Source: Octopus vulgaris
Taxonomy: Eukaryota
NCBI GenBank assembly: GCA_951406725.2
Contig: OX597821.1
Span: 47,244,001 to 47,308,000, forward strand
DNA length: 64,000 nt
Direction of reading: 5' to 3'
Shown here: positions 55,320-64,000 of the stretch, one piece after another
Layout of the letters: the number at the start of each line of letters is the position of its first letter
How positions within the stretch are numbered: position 1 is the first letter of the stretch
The notes under the pieces: model-generated
What the model was told of the DNA's origin: nothing
Database searches by the model: none
What the model saw: the letters and a program-made list of their open reading frames with translations, nothing else
Translations under genes and position numbers: made by a program

Positions 55320-56713
55320 GGCACGTTGCGAGCGTGAAATTATGCCAGTACTCCTGTAATTTGAAATACTCGTCCGAATCCATTGCATCCACAAGGTGTT
55401 GGAGAGAGTTCCAAGTGTAAAATGCCTTGAAGGCACAGATCACGCCTTGATCCATAGGCTAGACGAGGGAGATGGTGTTGGCAGGGAGAAACTCGACTTG
55501 GTCTCCCTTGTGATTCAGATTCAATGCGTGACCACCAGCATTATCCATAACATGCAACACTTTGAATTCCATGCATACGTTTAAGAAGTATTTCTAGGCT
55601 CGATGGATGAAGCATTGGTGGAACCAATTCAAAGTTAAACTTTCGGTAGTACAGGTCTTGGAGTTGTGCATCTAGTGGACAGACAGCAGGTTTTTGTTAT
55701 TATTTTTGAAGACCCTAGGGTTCGCGGACTTGTAGATAATTCCTGGTTTCATCATGAAGCCATCAGCATTGCCACACAATAATTAGCATCACTCTGTCCT
55801 TCTGTGCCTTAAATCCTGGGGCTCTGGCTTCGTCCTTCAAGTTGTACGTTCTCCCAGAACAAGTCAATCTCGTCCATATTGAAAACCTATTCCGGCTTGT
55901 ATCACTTGTCCTCGATGATCTGCCTGAAGGTTTCAAGGTACTTTTCGGTGGCTTTTTTTATCGGCTAATGCTGTCACTCCATGCAAGGAAATATTTTATT
56001 TTAAAACGTTTCTGGAAACTGTCAAACCATCCCTTAGTGGCTTGAAAATCTTTGGACTCCGGTGCTGTCAATGGTCTTGGTTGCGGTTCTCCGATGCCTT
56101 CTGCTCCATCTCCACTGTCGAACTGCTTCTATAATTTCCGCGCTTTCTCGCGGGTGATGTTACCGCTCAAAGGAATGTTTTTCTTCTTGCAGTTACTGAT
56201 CCATAATTCCAAGGTAGATTCCATCCTGACGAAGTCCTTATTTCTCACTGTCGTTATCTTTTTGGCACTTTCACAGAAACTTACTGCTGCGGTAGACCTG
56301 ATTGCTATCTCGTTTTTCTTTATGCAGCGTTTAGTGCTTTCGTTGACATCATAACAGCGACTTACTGCAGTATAACTTTTACCTTCCTGGATCATATCCA
56401 GCAGTTGTACCTTCTCATGGAACGTCATAACCTTTTTCTGATGCTTAGGTTCATTGCCTGAAGCCTTAGAAGGTGTAGGACGTTTGGGTGGTATCTTAGA
56501 GCATAATAACATGTTGCAAAAAACACAACACGCAACAAAACACTAGACATAGCTACTGGAAGCAGTTTTCCCCGCCAAAAAACGTACAAAAAATCTTCCT
56601 TGCGTCTAATATGCGCATACCACCAATGGGAGATTGAGCAGACATTAAAAAATAATCTTGATTTTGAAATATTTGGTTTGTATTACCACTAGATACAGTA
56701 ATCTATAGTAATA

Positions 56714-56774
<61 letters not shown>

Positions 56775-56934
56775 GAGAGAGATAAAGGGAGATATTTCCA
56801 CGAAAGAACTCATAAAAAATTGCGGACAATATTTACAATTCCGCAAATATGCGGTGGCTTCCGTGAACAAATATTTGTTCCGCGAATAACTGAGACCGCG
56901 AATGCCGAACTGCGAATAAGCGGGAGGTACATTG
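55320..56934 (-). mobile_element. Tigger/pogo transposon, 3'-truncated
   Basis: TA|caatgtacctcccgcttattcgc TIR; ORF 56129..56512 HTH-psq plus CENP-B HTH; DDE region KVLHVMDNAGGH..VEFLPANTISL..PMDQGVI..FK. Confidence 0.9.
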
Positions 56935-57050
56935 TATACGTATACATACATACATACATACATACATACATACATACATACATACATACATACGTATGTA
57001 TGTATGTATGTATGTATGTATGTATGTATATATATATATATATATATATA

Positions 57051-57207
57051 GGAGCACTCCGTCGGTTACGACGAGGGCCCCAGCTGAGTAGACTGGAGCA
57101 ACGTGAATAAAGTATCTTGCTTAAGGACACAACGCGTTGCCGGGAATTGAACTCTCGACCTTACGATCGTGAGCCCAATGCCCTAACCACTGAGCCACGC
57201 GCCTTCA
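57051..57207 (-). mobile_element. Internally deleted SINE (tRNA head plus family B tail)
   Basis: gtgaaggcgcgtggctcagtggttag..gagttcaattcc; tail cgtaaccgacggagtgc. Confidence 0.75.
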
Positions 57208-57244
57208 CATACACACACATACATACACACACACACACACACAT

Positions 57245-57288
<44 letters not shown>

Positions 57289-57807
57289 GACTGTGTATGT
57301 ATGCATGTATATGTAGACGAAATACTTATTCACTTACTTTTAATCATTGGATTAACCCCAATTTCAAATATTCTATGAAAAACTCCAAGCTCCCTGAAAC
57401 TGTAGATGTCGATATGCTAAAAATAATAGTCAAATGCCTGGATCTCTCTCCCTTCTCTCTCCCCCACCCCCACATACATAGTACTGTAAAATACAAAAAG
57501 TTTTTTTTTCTTAAACGCACAAAATTTAGTCCGTAAATTAAGGATGTTTTTAAAAGGTACTATATTTTACCATCAGAATATATATTTTCTCTCACACAAC
57601 AATTAAGATATATTTATTTTAAATCGCTTGTTTGTAGAGAGAAAACTTTTATTCTCTCTCCCACCACACTCTCACAAAAATGAGTTTAGGTGCGAAAATT
57701 TTTTTTTCTAAAACGCTGGTCGTCTACATATACATACACACTCTTATATAGATGCATACATTACGCCTTTAGAAAAAAAAATTCAGCTTAAAAGACACAC
57801 AATATAC

Positions 57808-59290
57808 TTTTATTCTTTTATTTGTTTCAGTCATTTGACTACGGCCATGCTGGATCACCGCCTTTAGTCAAACAAATCGACCCCAGGACTTATTCTTTGT
57901 AAGACTAGTACTTATCTTATCGGCCCCTTTTGCTGAACGACTAAATTATGGGGACGTAAACACGCCAACATCGGTTGTCAAGCGATGGTGGGGATTGGAC
58001 AAACACAGAAACACAAACATACATATATATATATATATATAAACGGCAGTTTGTCTGTCTGTGTGTCTGTGTGCCTGTCAGGTTGTACCCTCACCCTGAC
58101 CACGGCTTTCAACCGATTCTGATGAAACTTGACACACACATAGCCCAATGTCATAATTCAAAACTAATGCAGCGAAAATTTGGAAAAGTTCCCTCAGTTC
58201 TGAAAAAAATCGATAAATTCGACATGGGGTCGAGAATCTAAGCTTTATATAAGCAACACATTTTCTGTTGTAGTTTTCGCAACTTGCAATCGATTTTCAC
58301 CAAACTCATGGTGAAGCTTAATGTTACCCTAAGAAACTTAATTCTGACGTTAGTTTTCCATGCAATACCTTACCATCAGAACAAAATCGATAAAATCATG
58401 CCATTTTGGGAAATCGCGTTCAAATTCAAGATGACATATTTTCGACAATATCTTTCACAAATTGGCAGGAATTTTTTAAAAAATTCACAGCGAGCATCAT
58501 GTCTGCTCCAAGGAGCTATATGTCCCTTTTTATTCCAATAGGATACTTTATTACTGGAAAAAATCGGTTAATTAAATCATATGTGGCACACATAGCAAAC
58601 CGATTTGTGTATCAAACACAAACCACAGACTGTCTAGGGGACGCAACCTGACCTTTTTAACTCTCGGAACACGTGGGGTAAGTATCCCAAAATGTATAAA
58701 AATGTACAAAAACGGCAAAAAAGCGGGCAGCAATGTGAGTGACAACAACGAAAAAGTCAAAAGTGACCAAACTGAACAAACGAATGGAAAAGGTTTTTTG
58801 GTGCACACGACAAAAGCGGTTTATAATAAACCAAGAGTTTGCAAGTAGCGTCCGAGGACCCTAAGGGTACGTCAAAAATTTAAGGTAAAACGTTTGGGGT
58901 GGTAGTTATAAAGAAAGTTTAAACAAAAAAAGTATTCGAATAACTTGCGTCTGCAGCAGCTATTAGCAGAAGTGGCGGTGTTGGGGGTAAAGTCTCGAAT
59001 GTAATTTCTTCCTGGTAGGAATTGGTTGGGTTGAATTATCGATAGCTGTTTGATAGTTATTTGGGAGTGAAGAGAAGACATTGCAACCTACACATGCGCC
59101 TTCGTTCCCCAGAGGGAAAGGACTAGATTGGGATTAGTCGTTGCCTACTAGGGGCTCTTACATACCCGGGCAACGCCGGGCTATGCTGCTAGTATGTATA
59201 TGCTGGGCTTCTTTCAGTTTCCATCTACCAAATCCAGAACCCGGAACCATGTGGTTGGTAAGCAAGCTACTTACCACACAGCCACTCCCG
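57808..59290 (-). mobile_element. SINE family A split by a Helitron inserted in its internal microsatellite
   Basis: Tail half 57808-58025, head half 59200-59290. Confidence 0.8.
58030..59192 (+). mobile_element. Non-autonomous Helitron (~1.17 kb), copy 2
   Basis: Collinear with 9541-10711; perfect cccgggcaacgccggg hairpin, CTAG|T; 5' end merges into (TA)n. Confidence 0.85.
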
Positions 59291-59706
59291 TTAACATTTT
59301 CTATATATTTAATCACGAACCATGTAATCCACACTCTGGAAAATGTATTTGTGTAAAAGTTGTGAGTGGGGGTGAAACTTCCGAGGGTTCCACTTCACCC
59401 CGTTTTCCGGACCCCAAAAAGGGTTTTGTGGCATATTAGGAGGTCACTATAATTGATTCAACGAAAAAAAAATTCCAATGATTCCGGGACAGGAGGGGAA
59501 TCCGGTTTCACACCTCCTTTTTCCAAACAAGGGGTTTGCGGCACATAAGGAAGTCATGCTACTTGGTTCCACGCAAAAAATCCGAATTTTTCTTTAGTGA
59601 AAATCGTGCTGGTGAAAGTATCAAAATTGACCTTTTTTATATATAATTGAAGGTGGATCAGCTTTATACTATACTCTGCTACGTCCTTAACATAATATAG
59701 TACAGC

Positions 59707-59761
<55 letters not shown>

Positions 59762-60329
59762 AGAGAGAGAGAGAGAGAGAGAAAATATTAAAATTAGTAA
59801 TAATATCTTCGAAAAATATGTTAATACAACATTATCAAAGTTATCCAAGAATAGTAAAAAAAATTAGCAGTTGATAAACGCTAACAAAATGAAATACCTA
59901 AATTGAATTCAACCTAAGACATTCCTTCATTCAACTAGTAGCGATGTCATTGGATAGCGAAATTGTTTTATAAAAAAAAACGTATTTAGGAAAAGTCAAC
60001 TATTCGTGACGCTGTGAATGATGAAATCAAAATAAAAAATAAAACAGACAAGAATTCTACATTAGAAATCTACAATTAGAAATCTACATAAGAAAAATAA
60101 CCTAAAAAATAATAACCTAAAGAAAGAGTATTTTTGCATACAATCATTGATGACGTTACTGGATAACTAAAGAATATAAATAAAAGATAAGAATTCTACG
60201 TTTTGCTTAATAGAAACTTAGATATTTTACGTCACAATAATTAGTTATCTATTAAGTCATTATATTAAACCTTTTATAAGAATTAATCTTATTATATAAT
60301 AATTTTAAAATTATTATAAGTATTAATGG

Positions 60330-60595
60330 AAATATTTGAGTGTCTTTCTAAATTTATGGCAACATCTTAATGTAAAGTGGCCATGAAAATTCAATAAAAT
60401 TTATTTAGAATTACATAATGCATTTCTTCAAAGCAAAGATCACATGTAGAATTACCAATATTGTACGGTGGTGCACAACTAATAATGTACCACTTTAAAT
60501 TATACTTAATGTTCTTAACCTTTAAATCTCAAATGCATTTACTAAGATTTGTAGCATTACTTCTGTTTGTAATAGGCTTCTTCCAGTTCCCATCT
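60330..60595 (-). mobile_element. PLE endonuclease C-terminal fragment
   Basis: NATNLSKCI*DLKVKNIKYNLKWYIISCAPPYNIGNSTCDLCFEE matches the 'T.LS..IW.LK..W.I..Y..C.LC..E' tail of PLE GIY-YIG domains. Confidence 0.7.
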
Positions 60596-60630
60596 GCATA
60601 TATATATATATATATATATATATCTATATA

Positions 60631-61393
60631 CGAGGTCTAATTAATAAGTATCCCGAGTGTTGCCGTAGTGACGATACCAAAGCACGCAGAGATTGACATT
60701 AGACTTAGCAGTGCATGCGCACTAAGATTAAACGTTCTAGCTCACTTTTGCTGTTTACAGCAGTGCTTGGAAGGAACGCGTGGAGCGTGTGATCGTTGTA
60801 TTGACCATGACAGAGAAAGTTGTCATGGCGATACCTGCTCAGAGGCTTCGCAAAGGTACAGAAAGTGTATGGAGAGGGGTGTATGAGCTGCTCACAAGTG
60901 TACGAGTGGTTCTGACGCTTCCAAGATAGCCCAAAAATGTCGATAGTGCGTGCAGCTACGAGGGGAAATCGTCGAATCACCATCCGTGAGTTATCAAATG
61001 ATGTGAAGATTAGTTTCAGTTCAGTTCAGTCCGTTATCACTGAAGATTAAGTTACGAGACGCGTGTCTACTAAGTTTGTGCCAGAACTGCTTACAGCTGA
61101 CTAAATAGACACTCGGGTTTCAGTTGCACAAGATCTCCTAGATTGTGTTGAGAACGATGAAGACTTTTTGGAAACTTTACCAAGCTTTTGGCTAAATTTG
61201 ATGCAGATTCTCTGCTCAATTTTCTCTGTCATGGTCAATGCGATGATCACACGCCACACAGTGAGCTAGAACGTTAAAACTTAGTGCACATGCACAGCTT
61301 AGTTCAAGGTCAATCTGTGACAAACTGCTTCACTCTGCGTGCTTTAGCTTCGTTACTATGGCAACAGTCCGGATTCTTATTGATCAGACCACG
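60631..61393 (+). mobile_element. Mariner deletion derivative with long (~115-130 bp) inverted termini
   Basis: TA|cgaggtct..gttctagctcac / gtgagctagaac..agaccacg|TA; internal VYGEGCMS.SQVYEWF..RRITIREL..KFVPELL; catalytic domain absent. Confidence 0.85.
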
Positions 61394-61897
61394 TATATAT
61401 ACGCACACATACACACGGTGTTTCAAATTATTAACAATGTAACATTGTTTAGAAATTTTATTTAAAAACTACTCGTTGAAATTCAACAAAATTGCCACAG
61501 TATGATGTCAACAGTTATATGTGCGAGGTGTGTAAAAAGCGCGAGGTTTTGTGTATGTGTAAAGACACCACGGCCATTTGCATGATTTCCACGAAATTTC
61601 AGTTTTCCAAATTATTAACGAGTGGTCTGGTAATTGTGTAATTATGGATCGTAAATGACTTAATTGCTTCAGAGCAATCTGTCATTACTGCTGAACTTGC
61701 AAAAGGTAAATCAACATTAGAAATATCTCAAATAATTGGAAGATATCACCAAACGCAAAATATTTGTTACAGCTTCTATGAAGATACGTAAGAGAACCGA
61801 CGAATTAAGTGTGAAGCTGTAAAGAACCCAGGTCTTACAAGTGGAGAACTTTTCAAGGGCATTGGCGAAACAGCTATGTCCAGGACTACCCGATGTT

Positions 61898-62135
61898 CAT
61901 TATTTATATTTGACAGATATTTGTCCTCATCTTGTTTGTTGCTAACACAACACTTCGGCTGATATGCCCTCCAGCCTTCATCAGGTGTCTTGGGAAAATT
62001 TTGAACCCGGGTTATCATTCCTAAGGTATTTTTTGATGTTATTATTATTATTATTATTATTAAGTCGCTGCCTGGAATCGAACTCTGAATCTTGGGGTTA
62101 GTAGCCCGTGCTCTTAACCCCTACGCCATATAGAA
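61898..62135 (-). mobile_element. ORF-less tRNA-head plus hammerhead unit (homologue of 32739-32970)
   Basis: Starts at tatggcgtaggggttaag (A box), B box gttcgattcc, (AAT)n, hammerhead-like 61944-61989 (CTGATGA..GAAG); flanked by the duplicated tacccgatgtt (61887-61897/62142-62152). Confidence 0.85.
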
Positions 62136-62162
62136 CAGTATTACCCGATGTTGTCTTCTAAA

Positions 62163-62651
62163 GGCGGCGAGCTGGCAGAAACGTTAGCACACCGGGCGAA
62201 ATGCGTAGCCGTATTTTGTCTGCCATTACGTTCTGAGTTCAAATTCTGCCGAGGTCGACTTTGCCTTTCATCCTTTCGGGGTCGATAAATTAAGTACCAG
62301 TTACGCACTGGGGTCGATGTAATTGACTTAATCCGTTTGTCTGTCCTTGTTTGTCCTCTCTGTGTTTAGCACCTTGTGGGTAGTAAAGAAATAGGTATTT
62401 CCTCTGTCTTTACATTTCAAGGCGGCGAGCTGGCAGAATCGTTAGCACGCCGGGCGAAATGCGTAGCCGTATTTCGTCTGCTGTTACGTTCTGAGTTCAA
62501 ATTCCGCCGAGGTCGACTTTGCCTTTCATCCTTTCGGGGTCGATAAATTAAGTACCAGTTACGTACTGGGGTCGATGTAATCGACTTAATCCGTTTGTCT
62601 GTCCTTGTTTGCCCCCTCTATGTTTAGCCCCTTGTGGGTGATAAAGAAACA
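62163..62651 (+). mobile_element. Head-to-tail dimer of SINE family C with a single TSD
   Basis: Units start at 62163 and ~62421; TSD GATGTTGTCTTCTAAA (62147-62162/62652-62667). Confidence 0.9.
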
Positions 62652-64000
62652 GATGTTGTCTTCTAAAAATGGTCGCTAAACCAGTGGCCTCCATTAAACA
62701 AAATCGTCTGAAATGGGCAGAACATATGAAGGTCGACTTCAAAATTTTTTTACGGACGAAACTCGTGCTACCCTTGATGGACCTGATGGTTGGAGTAAGG
62801 AATGAGATATAAACGAACGAGATCGTCATCAATGCTTGAAACACCAACAGGAGGAGGGGAGGCATCATGATTTGGGCAGGTATTATGGTTGTCCTTGGAA
62901 AGTGCCTGACTATGTTAAAATGACCGCAGATGTTTACATACCCTTTCTGAGGGAGCACCTTGAACCTTGCCTTCAAGACAACTGTAATATTGATGCAAGA
63001 TAATGCGCCCTCGCACTCAGCGAAGAAAACTACAGAGTAGTACCATCAATTAGGCTTCTGTAGACCTCGGAAGATGAAGTGGCCTGTCTGTTTCCCCGAC
63101 TTAAACCCAATAGAAAACATGTGGAGTATTCTAAAGTGACGAGTTTACGTGAATTGACGCCAATGAATTGTAGCAAGCAATAGCGAATGTTTAGCGTGGT
63201 ATGACATCAAAAGAGATCCCGAAATTAGCAGGTTTCATGGACCAGCGCTTTTTCTAGCTTATTTCAAACGAAGGCACACATAGCCCTTACTAACCAGCTC
63301 ACCTACCATTTTTGAATGCTATTTATATATATTTCTACTTCTTCCATGTTTATGACTGTATGTGTTAATTTCAGTATGTAATTAAACAATTAAATTGGTA
63401 TTTTCTTGTTTGCACGAGTTTTAATTACACCTCGCTAATAATTTGAAACAGTGAAAGTTTACGTGAATGGCCGTAGTTTCTGTATTGTTTTACGCAACCT
63501 CACGTGTTTTATACACCACGCGCATATAACTGCTGCCACCATTTTGGGAAGTTTAGTTAAATTCCAACGAGTAGTTTTTAAATAAAATAAAAAGATGTTA
63601 CGTTGTAAATAATTTGAAACGCAGTGTAGATATCTCATACAAGCATGCATATATGTGCATGTGTGCGTATGACGAGCTTCTTCAAGTTTTCATTCACCAA
63701 GTCCGCTCACAACAAGGATTTGGTTGGCCTAAAGCTATAGAAGACACTTGCATAAAATCCCATGCAGTGGGACCGAACCCGAATGGAGTCGGGAAATTAA
63801 CTACACAGCCACACTTCTATATAAGACTAAATTAAAAATTCTTTAAAATCTTATAGCAAGAACCCTAAGTCATTCGGTATAAAGAAATAGGAATACGGAT
63901 CTAAATCCTTGCAAGCTGCCATTCCTTTTCTGAAATCCTCACTTCCCTCTTTCTCTTCTCAATTGAGTGCTCTTAAAATTACACATTTTCAAACGATTTT

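Larger units (their letters stand above)
61412..63626 (+). mobile_element. TRT-type (DD37E) Tc1-like transposon with long IR/DR termini, disrupted by two insertions
   Basis: ~200 bp TIRs each with caaattatt at both ends; TDETRATLDGPDGW, IMIWAGI, and QD-37 aa-E (DNAPSHSAKK..WPVCFPDLNPIENMW). Confidence 0.85.

Noticed and set aside
59340-59650. ~125-bp imperfect direct repeat with a Helitron-like 5' end on the minus strand
   Set aside because: No 3' hairpin/CTAG or second copy found, so it cannot be classified.

Overview
AT-rich, extremely repeat-dense eukaryotic DNA with no host gene that I can support. The repeat families (tRNA-derived SINEs, RTE LINEs, abundant di/tri/tetranucleotide microsatellites) suggest a coleoid cephalopod, most likely Octopus; this is an inference. 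Nearly all ORFs in the supplied track are microsatellite or SINE read-throughs. Real coding remnants are all transposon-derived: RTE and RLE-type LINEs, several Penelope-like elements (PLEs; RT and GIY-YIG), mariner, maT-type (DD37D), TRT-type (DD37E), Tigger/pogo, hAT (Buster/Charlie-like), MULE and Helitron. The main unannotated signal is RNA structure: about 12 hammerhead-ribozyme-like motifs from about 7-8 distinct sequence families. Most lie in short, often inverted PLE pseudo-LTR-like units within (TA)n tracts. One has a compensatory A3-U8 core. One family is a tRNA-headed, Pol III-type hammerhead unit found both as the 3' end of a GIY-YIG PLE (32.7-33.0 kb) and as a free, TSD-flanked, ORF-less insertion (61.9-62.1 kb). 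Also seen are a candidate HDV-like ribozyme at the 5' end of a short RTE-derived element and a TIR element carrying (TTAGGG)4. All folds and translations were done by eye, and the boundaries of degenerate elements are approximate.
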